From positions 1-46,537 of IMG/VR virus record IMGVR_UViG_3300037782_000038: 46,537 bases of DNA; one strand, 5' to 3'. The notes beneath the pieces are model-generated. The model was not told where the DNA came from and did not search any database. It saw only the letters and a program-made list of their open reading frames with translations. Origin of the DNA: a virus (taxonomy: Duplodnaviria; Caudoviricetes). Made by a program: the position numbers and the translations under genes. Below are positions 9,118-19,600 of this stretch, piece after piece (position 1 is the stretch's first letter; each line of letters begins with the position of its first letter).

Positions 9118-11555
9118 TAAAGGACAACAAAATATCCATTCCATATAAAAGCTTTCCATCGCAGTACGTTCCAGACTCTGTAAAAGAAACAGAAGATTTT
9201 GGCCGGGAGATAGGGCAAGCTATACAGTACGAATGGTTTTCCAGAGAGGGGGCTCAGACAGCTAGATTCTATTCTAGAAGAGATGAGTTTAGAAGAAGAA
9301 AGCTCTATGCAAGGGCAGAGCAAAGCGTTGTAAAATACAAGAATGAGTTGGCGGTAGAGGGAGACATGTCTTACCTTAACTTGGATTGGACTCCAGTTCC
9401 TATCATTCCGAAGTTTGTTGATATTGTGGTAAATGGCATGTCTGACAGAGAGTTTGCCATAAAAGCTCAGTCACAGGACGCCCTATCTCAAAAGAAAAGA
9501 TTCGATTTCCAAACTCAAGTTGAAGCTCAAATGGCTGCAAAAGAAGAGCTTGGAATGATGAAAGAGATGTTCGGAATTGATCCGTTCACAATGAACGAAG
9601 AAGAGATTCCAGCTGATGACGATGAATTGTCATTGTACATGCAGCTTAGATACAAGCCTGCTATTGAGATCGCAGCAGAGGTCGGTATTCAGGCTGTAAT
9701 GGAGGAAAACAAGTACGTCAACCTAAGAAAAAGGATGGACTATGACCAAGTTGTCTTAGGGATATCTGTAGGCCGTCATGAATTCCAGAAAGGGTCGGGA
9801 ATAAGGCTGTCTTATGTTGACCCTGAATACTGGATCCATAGCTACACTGAGGATCCATTCTTTTCGGATTGTTTTTACTTCGGTGAGGTAGAGAGAGTGC
9901 ACAACAATGAGCTGTTCAAAATAAATCCTAACCTTACTCCAGAAGACATTAAAGAAATCGCTTTGTCGTCTGAAGCATGGGCGAGGTATCAGGGGTTTGC
10001 CGTAGATAATAACACGCTAAACACCGAGCAGTCGACAATTCTTAGGTTCAATTTCAAGACAACAAAGAAGGTTGTCACGAAGATTAAATTGACAGACGAA
10101 GGAGGCGAAAGACCAATACCTAAATCTGATGACTGGGATCCACCTCAAGAAGAGATGGAGAAGGGCAGATTCAGAAAGATCGAGAAGGTTATTGACGTAT
10201 GGTATGAAGGTGTGATGGTCCTCGGCTGTGACAAGATCATAAAGTGGGAGCTTGCTGAGAATATGGTCAGACCTAAATCACCAAGCCAACATGCGCTTCC
10301 TCAATACTTTGCTTGTGCTCCTAGAATGTACAAGGGAGAGATTGAGTCGCTGACCAAAAGAATGATTCCTTTTGCGGATCTGATTCAGATGACTCACTTA
10401 AAGCTACAACAGGTCGTGCAAAAAGTGACACCAGACGGTGTGTTCATCGACGCAGATGGCCTTATCGATATAGACTTAGGAAATGGAGCTGCGTACAATC
10501 CGAACGAAGCTCTTAAACTTTACTTCCAAACTGGTAGTGTAGTCGGTAGAAGTCGGACAGAAGAGGGAGAGTTTAACCACGGAAGGATTCCTATACAAGA
10601 GCTTAACAAATCTGCCGGAGCTTCTAAGATTCAATCCCTTATCGCAAACTACAACTACTATTTGGATATGATTCGCCAAGTAACAGGATTGAACGAAGCT
10701 CGAGACGGATCGACGCCTGACCCAAGGGCGTTAGTGGGAGTTCAAAAGCTTGCGGCCCTAAACTCAAACACAGCTACGAGACACGTACTTGATGCTGCGC
10801 TGTACATGGTTAAATCCATGGGAGAGGCCTGCAGTTACAGGATAGCTGACATCATGAAGTACGAAGAACTTGGATTTAAGGATGCGCTGATTAACCGTAT
10901 TGGGAAGTACAACACAGCTATATTGGAAGAGGTCTCAGAGTTGTACTTGTACGACTTTGCGATAAACATAGAGGTTTCACCGGATGCAGAAGAAAAAGCA
11001 TCTCTTGAAGCTTCAATTAAAATAGCTCTTGATAAGAAAGATATCAACCTTGAAGATGCGATTGATATCCGTGAGATAAACAACATAAAGCTAGCTAATC
11101 AACTACTCAAACTCAAGCGAATCAAGAAGCAAGAGCGTGAGGAAAAAGCGGAGATGCAGAAGCAAGCAATGGCCTCAGAGAGCAACATGAAATCTCAACA
11201 AATAGCGGCTCAAACAGCTGCACAAAAGATTCAGCTTGAGGGAGAAACCAAAATGCGAATCGAGAAGATGAAAGTTGACGGAGAGATCGCTAAGATGGAG
11301 AGAGAGGCTGCGCTCAAGGAGATGCTCATGGATAAAGAGTTTGAGTACAACATGAGGTTAGCCGGAGTTAGAGAAGAGGCACAGACTAAGCGTGAGGAGA
11401 TGAAAGAAGACGAGAAGGCGAGAAGGATTGACAAGCAGAGCACTAACACCTCTAAAATAGCTGATCAGAAAAAGAACAATAAGGCGCCAATAAACTTCGA
11501 AAGCAACGAAGACACACTAGATGGTTTTGCCTTAGATTCATTTGGTCCTAAGTAA
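9114..11555 (+). CDS. Portal protein
   Basis: 813 aa, PIIPKFVDIVVNG and IRQVTGLNEARDG motifs, long C-terminal coiled coil; lies between TerL and scaffold. Confidence 0.85.
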   Translation: MIKDNKISIPYKSFPSQYVPDSVKETEDFGREIGQAIQYEWFSREGAQTARFYSRRDEFRRRKLYARAEQSVVKYKNELAVEGDMSYLNLDWTPVPIIPKFVDIVVNGMSDREFAIKAQSQDALSQKKRFDFQTQVEAQMAAKEELGMMKEMFGIDPFTMNEEEIPADDDELSLYMQLRYKPAIEIAAEVGIQAVMEENKYVNLRKRMDYDQVVLGISVGRHEFQKGSGIRLSYVDPEYWIHSYTEDPFFSDCFYFGEVERVHNNELFKINPNLTPEDIKEIALSSEAWARYQGFAVDNNTLNTEQSTILRFNFKTTKKVVTKIKLTDEGGERPIPKSDDWDPPQEEMEKGRFRKIEKVIDVWYEGVMVLGCDKIIKWELAENMVRPKSPSQHALPQYFACAPRMYKGEIESLTKRMIPFADLIQMTHLKLQQVVQKVTPDGVFIDADGLIDIDLGNGAAYNPNEALKLYFQTGSVVGRSRTEEGEFNHGRIPIQELNKSAGASKIQSLIANYNYYLDMIRQVTGLNEARDGSTPDPRALVGVQKLAALNSNTATRHVLDAALYMVKSMGEACSYRIADIMKYEELGFKDALINRIGKYNTAILEEVSELYLYDFAINIEVSPDAEEKASLEASIKIALDKKDINLEDAIDIREINNIKLANQLLKLKRIKKQEREEKAEMQKQAMASESNMKSQQIAAQTAAQKIQLEGETKMRIEKMKVDGEIAKMEREAALKEMLMDKEFEYNMRLAGVREEAQTKREEMKEDEKARRIDKQSTNTSKIADQKKNNKAPINFESNEDTLDGFALDSFGPK

Positions 11556-11581
11556 AATTCAATTCATTTATATATTTTTAG

Positions 11582-11589
11582 TAATTTTG
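11582..11589 (+). promoter_or_regulatory. Bacteroidota -7 promoter box TAATTTTG
   Basis: AT-rich gap, 15 nt upstream of ATG 11605. Confidence 0.55.
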
Positions 11590-11604
11590 TAAAAATTCAA
11601 TCAA

Positions 11605-12720
11605 ATGGCAATTAAGGTAGAAAGAGTTCCGGGACCGGGAGAAGAAGATTTTAAAGATCAAGAAAGTCAAGAAGGTCAAGAAGGTCAAGAAGGTCAAGAA
11701 AATCAAGACGGCGGAGAAGGTCAAGAAGGTCAAGACGGCGGAGAGGACCAAGAAAATCAAGACGGCGGAGAAGGTCAAGAAGGTCAAGACGGCGGAGAAG
11801 GTCAAGACTCCGAAATAGGAGAAGAACACGTTCTTAATTTTTTGAAAAACAAGTACGGAAAAGATGTTTCATCTATTGATGAGATCATATCAGAGCCTCA
11901 AGATATACCCGAAGATGTTCAAGCTTTCTTGAAGTACAGAGAAGAAACAGGGCGAGGGTACGAAGACTACTTGAAGCTCAACAGAGATATATCATCTGTA
12001 GGAGATGATCAGGTTCTTAGAGAGTATTACATGTCTCAAGAGCCAGACCTTGATCCGGAAGACATAGACGTGTTGATGCAAGACTACTCCTATGACGAAG
12101 ACATAGACGAAGAGTCCGACATTAGCAAGAAAAAGATTAAAAAGAAACGAGACGTTGCCAAGGCACGCAAATTCTTTGAAAGTCAAAAGGAGCAGTACTA
12201 CAAGCCGATTGAATCGGTAAGTAGCGATTCTGAGACTCAGGAGATAGTGTCTAAATACAACGACATCGTTAAGCAGGCAGAGGACACGGCCAAGACAAAT
12301 CGCCAAAAAAACGAGCGATTCGAAAAAGCCACCTCAGAGTTCTTCAGTAAATTTGAAGGTTTCAAGTTTAAAATTGGAGAAGGCAGAGAAGAGGTTTACT
12401 CGCCGGCTGACAAGGAAGCCTTAATGGAGAAGTCAAAACCCTCTAACTTCGTGTCGAAGTTTGTTGATGAAAACGGGTTCTTGAAAGACGCAGAAGGATT
12501 CCATAGAGCCATGGCAATAGCCATGGACCCGGATAAGTTTGCTAGACATTTCTACGAAAAAGGAATGACTGCAGCTACCGAAAGTTTTGATGAGAGCGGA
12601 AAGAACATTAATGGAAAAATGAATCGCTCGCCCGAACAGATTAGAAAGGACGGGATCAAAGCGCAAAGAGTCGACAACGGAAGAGACGGTGATCGGCTTG
12701 TGATTAAAAAAAGAAAGTAA
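11605..12720 (+). CDS. Putative capsid scaffolding protein
   Basis: Very acidic, low-complexity N-terminus; lies between portal and major capsid gene. Confidence 0.7.
   Translation: MAIKVERVPGPGEEDFKDQESQEGQEGQEGQENQDGGEGQEGQDGGEDQENQDGGEGQEGQDGGEGQDSEIGEEHVLNFLKNKYGKDVSSIDEIISEPQDIPEDVQAFLKYREETGRGYEDYLKLNRDISSVGDDQVLREYYMSQEPDLDPEDIDVLMQDYSYDEDIDEESDISKKKIKKKRDVAKARKFFESQKEQYYKPIESVSSDSETQEIVSKYNDIVKQAEDTAKTNRQKNERFEKATSEFFSKFEGFKFKIGEGREEVYSPADKEALMEKSKPSNFVSKFVDENGFLKDAEGFHRAMAIAMDPDKFARHFYEKGMTAATESFDESGKNINGKMNRSPEQIRKDGIKAQRVDNGRDGDRLVIKKRK
11659..11808 (+). repeat. In-frame tandem repeats of 9-nt units (CAAGAAGGT, CAAGACGGC, GGAGAAGGT) encoding QEG/QDG/GEG
   Basis: Read directly, including a duplicated QENQDGGEGQEGQDGGE block. 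Confidence 0.95.
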
Positions 12721-12739
12721 AACTTTAAACCTATAAGAA

Positions 12740-14131
12740 ATGGCTTTAGAACCAATTCCGGGATTTGAGCTTAGCCCATCGAGCAGCCAAGTTCCTTTGA
12801 AAAGAAACTATATCAACAACTTTGATTTCTTGGATCAGTACATGCCTGATATCAAGGAAGAGGAGTTCGAAAGATATGGAAATCGATCAGTAGCTTCATT
12901 CTTGAGAATGGTAAGCGCAGAACTTCCATTGGAGTCAGACTTGATGAAATGGACAGAGCAGGGTCGCTTGCATACTAAGTACACGAACTGTACTTCAGGT
13001 GCGGCTGCAGGAGCTGACACTGCGACAATCACTGTGAACGACACGATAACAGGGAATATCGCTGTACGTGTAGGACAGACTATTTCAATGCACCACAACG
13101 GAGGTACAGGAACAAACAAGGCGATTGTAACCGCTGTAAATCTTTCTGCTGGAACTTTCGATGTGGCATACTATGAAGCTGGAGGTCAAGCTTTTGCTCA
13201 GGACGAAGCTGTGACTATGTTCATCTACGGTTCTGAATTCAAGAAAGGAACCACAGGGATGGAAGGATCTCTTGAGGCTGATCCTCTGATCTTCGAGAAC
13301 TCTCCGATCATCTTGAAAGACAACTACGAAATCTCAGGATCTGACATGGCTCAGATTGGATGGGTGAAGGTAGAGACTGATCAAGGCCCGGGGTACTTGT
13401 GGTACTTGAAGTCTAAGAGTGAAACTCGTATGCGCTTCGATGACTATCTTGAAACCTCAATGATCGAAACTGTTCCTGCAGAGACTGGATCAGGAGCTAT
13501 CGCCACAACAGGAAATGTTGGAAACAAAGGTAGCGAAGGGTTGTTCTACGTTGTAAGCAACAGAGGTAATGTTTGGTCAGGTGGCCACCCAACCACTCTT
13601 GCAAACTGGGATTCAGTTATCGCTCGATTGGATAAGCAGGGTGCTATCGAGGAGAATGCGATATTCTTGAATAGAGCGTTTGGATTTGACATCGACGATA
13701 TGTTGGCGACGATGAACAGCTACGGTACAGGTGGAACGTCTTATGGATTGTTCGACAACGACGAGCAAATGGCTCTAAACCTTGGCTTCACAGGGTTCCG
13801 TAGAGGTTACGATTTCTACAAGACAGACTGGAAGTACCTTAACGACCCTACAATGCGAGGAGATTTGGCAGTAGGCGGTATCGACGGTCTATTAGCTCCT
13901 GTAGGAACAACAAGCGTGTACGACGAGATTATGGGTAAAAATGTCAAGAGACCATTCTTGCACGTAAGATACCGTAAGTCTTCTACAGAAGACCGTCGCT
14001 ACAAGACTTGGATCACCGGTGGAGCTGGTGGGGCTGAGACAGATGATCTTGATGCAATGAAGGTGAACTTCTTGTCTGAAAGAGCAATCTGTACGCTTGG
14101 AGCAAACAACTTCTTCATCTTCGAGCAGTAA
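12740..14131 (+). CDS. Major capsid protein
   Basis: 463 aa, position after portal and scaffold, terminator directly downstream, composition typical of HK97-fold capsids of this phage group. Confidence 0.85.
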   Translation: MALEPIPGFELSPSSSQVPLKRNYINNFDFLDQYMPDIKEEEFERYGNRSVASFLRMVSAELPLESDLMKWTEQGRLHTKYTNCTSGAAAGADTATITVNDTITGNIAVRVGQTISMHHNGGTGTNKAIVTAVNLSAGTFDVAYYEAGGQAFAQDEAVTMFIYGSEFKKGTTGMEGSLEADPLIFENSPIILKDNYEISGSDMAQIGWVKVETDQGPGYLWYLKSKSETRMRFDDYLETSMIETVPAETGSGAIATTGNVGNKGSEGLFYVVSNRGNVWSGGHPTTLANWDSVIARLDKQGAIEENAIFLNRAFGFDIDDMLATMNSYGTGGTSYGLFDNDEQMALNLGFTGFRRGYDFYKTDWKYLNDPTMRGDLAVGGIDGLLAPVGTTSVYDEIMGKNVKRPFLHVRYRKSSTEDRRYKTWITGGAGGAETDDLDAMKVNFLSERAICTLGANNFFIFEQ

Positions 14132-14154
14132 GATTGATAGAAGCTTAAATATCT

Positions 14155-14184
14155 AGGGGAGGCGTAAAACCCTCCCTTTTTTTT
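14155..14184 (+). terminator. Rho-independent terminator after the capsid gene
   Basis: GGGAGG-CGTAAAAC-CCTCCC followed by T8. Confidence 0.85.
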
Positions 14185-14209
14185 AAATTAAATCAAAATC
14201 AAAATCAAA

Positions 14210-14959
14210 ATGGCAAAGAACGAAATCAAAGACAAGTCTTACAAGCTTACAGGAGGGAGAACTCCCTTAAGCTTTAGCATCCCGGTGGAAGATAATCCTA
14301 GAACTAGGCTTATGTACTGGGATGAAAAGAAGGGCGTGAACCGTCCTTTGAGATACGCTCGAAATCAGCGCTCACCATTTATTGACGAGCAAGATGGAGA
14401 GGTGATTATGGAACCTATCGTTTTCATCGACGGAATGCTTACCGTCCCTAAAGAAAATCAGGTTCTTCAAGAATTTCTGCACTATCACCCAATGAACGGG
14501 ATTAAGTTTGAAGAGATTGACAAAGAGCGTGACGCATCAAAAGAGGTAGAGCGAATGGATATTGAGGACGAGGCTAGAATGAAAGCTAAAGACCTTGATC
14601 TTGAGACTCTCGAGGATGTGTACCGTGTTGTCTACGGGAAAGATCCTTCAAAAATGACATCGACTGAAATCAAGAGAGATGTAAGGGTGTATGCTCATAA
14701 TCATCCGGAAAGCTTCTTGAACGCTTTAAAAGGAGGTGATTTTCAGTACAAAGTTCTACTGAGAAAGATTCTTGACAGCAGATTGCTGTACTTCAAGAAC
14801 AACAACAAAGAGGTGTTTATGAACATCGACGGGAACAAAGGAAGGTTAATTTCTATTCCTTTCGGAAAAGATCCGTTTGACTATCTAGCGGACTACCTGA
14901 AAACTGACGGAGTGGACGAGCTAAATGCTCTGGAAAAAGCTCTCGAGAATCAGGAATAA
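14210..14959 (+). CDS. Conserved head-module protein of unknown function
   Basis: 249-aa ORF in the position taken by a conserved post-capsid gene in crAss-like head modules; positional inference. Confidence 0.65.
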   Translation: MAKNEIKDKSYKLTGGRTPLSFSIPVEDNPRTRLMYWDEKKGVNRPLRYARNQRSPFIDEQDGEVIMEPIVFIDGMLTVPKENQVLQEFLHYHPMNGIKFEEIDKERDASKEVERMDIEDEARMKAKDLDLETLEDVYRVVYGKDPSKMTSTEIKRDVRVYAHNHPESFLNALKGGDFQYKVLLRKILDSRLLYFKNNNKEVFMNIDGNKGRLISIPFGKDPFDYLADYLKTDGVDELNALEKALENQE

Positions 14960-14981
14960 CAATCGACATCATCAAATACAT

Positions 14982-15005
14982 AAGGCCACTAAATGTGGCC
15001 TTTTT
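14982..15005 (+). terminator. Rho-independent terminator
   Basis: AAGGCCAC-TAAAT-GTGGCCTT followed by TTTATTTTT. Confidence 0.8.
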
Positions 15006-15012
15006 ATTTTTG

Positions 15013-15020
15013 TATCTTTG
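15013..15020 (+). promoter_or_regulatory. Bacteroidota -7 promoter box TATCTTTG
   Basis: Between the terminator and ATG 15037. Confidence 0.6.
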
Positions 15021-15036
15021 CTAAAAAGCAGAAGAG

Positions 15037-15774
15037 ATGATAGACTCGGTAAGAAGCACCGTGCTCACCATATTAAACAAGAATAATTACGGAGTCATTA
15101 CTCCGGCTGACTTCAACCTATTGGCTAAAAAGGCTCAGCTTGAAGTTGTAGAAGATATAATGTTTAGGAGGAATAGAGCGGTCAACGAGGAAAATGCTAG
15201 GATGTCTGGAACCGGAGTATCTGACAAGACAAGAGAGCTAGCTGAGGATCTTGAAAGGTTAGTTGTATTCGAGAAGCAGCTTACTCAGAATGGAGCCGGC
15301 CAGAGTAAATATTTCCTTCCGTCCATAGCCACTACTCAGGATATTTTATATTCGCTTCAAAACGTTCTGTGTTACGATAATTCAGGGTTTGTAGGAGAGG
15401 CAGAGAAGGTAGATTACAGGGACCTTGTCAGACTGAGAATGGCCGATTTAACACCCCCGACGGCTAAGTACCCGGTGTACGTGGTCTCAGGGGATTCGAT
15501 TCATGTTTTTCCAGAAACGTATAACAGCACAAATAGCGTAAAAGCTACATACATAAGACATCCAAAGGATCCAAAATGGACCTACATAAATATCCTCGGA
15601 GGCGCTCCCGTCTTCGATCAGACAATAAACGACTATCAGGACTTTGAGGTTCCTGAGAAGTACCACGATTCATTGGTAGTGAAAATATTAAAAGATTGTG
15701 GCGTTGTAATAAGAGAGGCTGAGGTAGCAAATTACGCAGCTTCAGAAGAAGCCGAGGACCAACAAGTGAATTAA
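15037..15774 (+). CDS. Tail ring / head-tail adaptor (tubular protein A-like)
   Basis: ILNKNNYGVITPADFN..KAQLE N-terminus and ATYIRHPKDPKW..EVPEKYHDSLV C-terminus typical of ring proteins; first gene of the tail operon. Confidence 0.65.
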   Translation: MIDSVRSTVLTILNKNNYGVITPADFNLLAKKAQLEVVEDIMFRRNRAVNEENARMSGTGVSDKTRELAEDLERLVVFEKQLTQNGAGQSKYFLPSIATTQDILYSLQNVLCYDNSGFVGEAEKVDYRDLVRLRMADLTPPTAKYPVYVVSGDSIHVFPETYNSTNSVKATYIRHPKDPKWTYINILGGAPVFDQTINDYQDFEVPEKYHDSLVVKILKDCGVVIREAEVANYAASEEAEDQQVN

Positions 15775-15775
15775 G

Positions 15776-16699
15776 ATGGCATACATAAGTCAATATCAGT
15801 ATTACGAGAATAACGGAAACACTCCAGAGAATGAAAGCTGGGGAAGTTATCAGTACGTGTCTCTAGACGACATCGTCAATAACTTCATGCTAATGTACAC
15901 CGGTGATCGTAGCCTTGTCAACAATGAGCCAAGATTCAAAATTCTTTTTCATGCAAAAAAGGCAATACAAGAGCTGAATTATGACGCAATGAAGGAGGTA
16001 AAGGTCTTGGAGTTGGATGTTGATGAAACGATTCGACTTGTCTTGCCCCACGACTACGTCAACTGGGTAAGAATCTCAATGTATAAAAACGGAAGGCTAT
16101 ACCCTTTATCTGAAAATAGACAGGTAAATTTTGCTGACGCCTACCTTCAAGATCACCAAGGGAAGATTCTGTTTGATCAGAACGGCGAGATCATGAAGCC
16201 TCAATTCTCGACAGTTGACTTGGACAGGATAACAGGGCAGCAAAAAACCATGTATCTCAACGACGGTCATCAATTTGATGGGGAGTACGGATATCAATTC
16301 GAGGGGATGTGGTATTTCGAAGCTCACCTTGGGCAGCGTTTTGGACTGAACACCGCAACGGCAAACTCGAACCCTACTTTTAGGGTTGATAGAAAAAACG
16401 GGGTTATTCATTTCTCCTCACAAATGTCTGGAGAGAAGTGCGTGATTGAGTATATTTCCGACGGAATGGAGAACGGTGACGACTCAAAAATAGGGGTCAA
16501 TAAAATGTTTGAGGAATTCGTGTACGCATACATAAGACATGCAATCCTAGACAACAAACTAGGTGTTCAGGAATACATAGTTAAAAGAGCTTTCAAGAAA
16601 GCCAACGCATTGAAAAGAAATGCGAGAATAAGAATGTCAGACATACATCCCGGAAGGCTCCTTATGGATCTCAGGGGTCAAAATAAATGGTTGAAATAA
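15776..16699 (+). CDS. Second tail ring / structural protein
   Basis: YVSLDDIVNNF, LPHDYVNWVRIS and IEYISDG motifs; lies between the ring and stabilisation genes. Confidence 0.65.
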   Translation: MAYISQYQYYENNGNTPENESWGSYQYVSLDDIVNNFMLMYTGDRSLVNNEPRFKILFHAKKAIQELNYDAMKEVKVLELDVDETIRLVLPHDYVNWVRISMYKNGRLYPLSENRQVNFADAYLQDHQGKILFDQNGEIMKPQFSTVDLDRITGQQKTMYLNDGHQFDGEYGYQFEGMWYFEAHLGQRFGLNTATANSNPTFRVDRKNGVIHFSSQMSGEKCVIEYISDGMENGDDSKIGVNKMFEEFVYAYIRHAILDNKLGVQEYIVKRAFKKANALKRNARIRMSDIHPGRLLMDLRGQNKWLK

Positions 16700-19600
16700 T
16701 GCCTAAGATAGTAAGAACATTTTCGTCCGGAGTAATGAACAAGGCGTTTGACGACAGGCTTGTGCCTAACGGTCAGTACAGGGACGCTTTGAATGTCAGG
16801 ATAACGTCTACAGAGGATGACGATGCAGGGGTTGTTGAAAACCTTCTGGGGAATGAGCAAATGTCCGTTCTTACTTACAATGACACTCCTTTGAGCTCGG
16901 ACGCTGTTTGCATCGGATCCGTGGCCGACATCAAAGAAAACAAAGTTTATTGGTTTGTCCACGATCCGAGCTATCCCGGTTCAGTGACAGGAAAAATCGA
17001 CCTTATTGTAAGCTATTCCGACCAGTCAGATGTAGTTGACTATCATGTCGTATCGATAAATGACGGGTCAGGAGCTAATACAACGCTCAACTTCAACCCT
17101 AGCTATCTGATTAATGGGGTAAACGTGGTTGACGAATTCTTGTTTTTTACAGACAATTACAACCCTCCTAGGGTAATTAATACCCAAAAAAAATATTCTC
17201 TACCGGGAATTATATCAGATGGTATTACCGCTGAAGAATTGATGGTTATAAAGAAGCCTTCAATAGAAGCTCCTGTAGTAGCTCCGAAAACCTTACCTAT
17301 AGAGTCTACTTTCTGCAAGGAGAGGTTTTTATCTTTTTCCATAAGGTATCTGTACGCAGACAATCAATACTCTGCACCTTCACCATTTAGCGACATTCCA
17401 TTTATTCCAGAAGATTTTGGGATAAACCCGTCAACGGGATTAAATACCGGAATGCTGAACACCTTTAACGCTGCAGATGTCAGCTTTAATACGGGAAGTG
17501 AGCTTGTAAAAGGGATAGACATACTATTTAAAGACTCTGCAAACAATATCCTGAGAGTTGCCGAAAAAATCAATAAAGACAAGCTAGGGCTGTCTGATAA
17601 CTCCACGTATACATACACCTTTACAGGAGACAAGATTTACACCGTTCTTCCAGAGTCAGAGTTACTTCGCCTATACGATAACGTACCGCTTAAGTCTTTA
17701 GCTCAAACCATTATGGGCAACCGATTAATGTATGGAAACTATGTAGAGGGGTATGACATGGTCGACGGAAGCGGCAACCCTGTAAAAATAGACTATGCTG
17801 TAGAGGCGCTTAGCGTAGGAACCGGTAGAGTTTCGGTAACTCCTTCGTATTCGGATTACTCTTATACGATAAATGGATACGGGAATTCTTCCACAGACTC
17901 TATTCTGCTTCTAGATCTTGCCGGGAAGACACTTAAGGCTGGAGCTGGAGCTCAGATATCAATGAGGATAACGCACCACTCTTTTGGGGGGCCGCTTCCT
18001 TACCCAGTAACAGGAGGGGCTTCGTTTGACCTTACGTTTTCATTCATACTTGACAAGGACTACGATAACGCATATGAATTAGCTACGAGTGAAGCTTTCC
18101 AAAATGCGCTTGGGACATCGGCAAATATTGAACCTTTAGGAACTGCATGTAACGCCTTTACCCTTACAGACATTTTTAACTGCGAATCCCCAAGCGTGAA
18201 CGGTTCTTTCACCAAAACAGCTTCTGGATTCTCGGCAGCAGGCCAAGGGATTGGTGATAATGTAGCTGCGACAATAGGGAGCGAGGTGATAGGTATTCCA
18301 ATACCTGCGAATGTCCTTACCGATGGAGCTCAATCCATCATAGAATATTACACAATTGACAGCGCAGACATTGTGTTCTACAACACGTTATCTTCAAAGA
18401 GTCTTCACAGTAACAGGAATTACGAGGCTGGGATTGTGTATATGGACGATTTCGGAAGGTCTTCAACGGTACTCCTTAGCGAGAACAGCTCTGTATATAT
18501 TCCATGCGATAAGTCTGATAGCAGAAACTATCTTAGAGTAACCATACCGGACACTCAGGTAGCTCCAGAATGGGCGTCTTACTATAAGTTTGTGCTGAGA
18601 CAAGACAAGTCAGATTACGATACGATATTCTCGTATATATATTACCAAGACCCAAATGACGCATCAAGCTATTACTTCCTTTTAGAAGGAGAGAACGCTC
18701 AAAAAGTAAGCGAAGGTGACTACCTGACCATAAAGACAGACTCCACGGGAGCTCTTGACGCTTGCGAAAAGGTTATTGTTGAAGAGAAAAGCGTAAAGCA
18801 AGACGGCTTTATATCGGGAGCAGCCGCAGGTGTATACATGAAGGTTACGCCAAATAGAGCGGTGTTCACAGGGACTCTACCTACGATTATAGATGGGCCA
18901 AAAGCAACTGATTCAACAAACTACTTCAGCGACACAGATGCATTGGCAGGATTTAAAATAACGAACGGCGACAACATTCCTATTCCTGCCGGAAGTTTTA
19001 TCGATATAGATATCGAGTTTAAGAGAAACGGAAGAAGTTTTGCTTGCGGGACTGTAGAGTACACGTTAAAGAAAACAGTGCGAGCAAACCAAAGCCATGA
19101 CAATATTTTTGACTGGGCTATAAATGAGGGGGTGTCGGTTTCTGACGGGAATAGTTTCGTGGACGGGGATGAAACTCCAAACACAAATGTTTTTTACCCA
19201 AACGGAGGGGTTCCTTACGCTCATGCAACGCCTGCATCGTGGCCTGCATTCACTCAAGGTGAGAATAAATACTTCTTCACTCAAGACGGCGCTGACCTTT
19301 ATCTGTACGTGAGAAGCGGAACACCTAGATGCGTAAACATATTCAACAGTTACGAGGGGATATCAAGGGCATCGGTGAAGCTAACTGTTAGGTCAACCAA
19401 TACACCTGCCGTTTTTGAGACAATCCCAGAAGAAGCCCTTCCAGATATTTTCTTCGAGAACGATCAGGTCTTTGACATCGCAGGAGACAATCATTTTGGA
19501 AATGTTCAGGATCAGAATGTCAATACAGGAGATCCTGCCATTCTAGACTTAACGTTCTTCAATGCTTACTGCTTCGGAAATGGAGTTGAATCATACAAAA

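Noticed and set aside
11659-11808. CRISPR array (also considered for 28311-28415)
   Set aside because: In-frame coding tandem repeats with no unique spacers and no cas genes.
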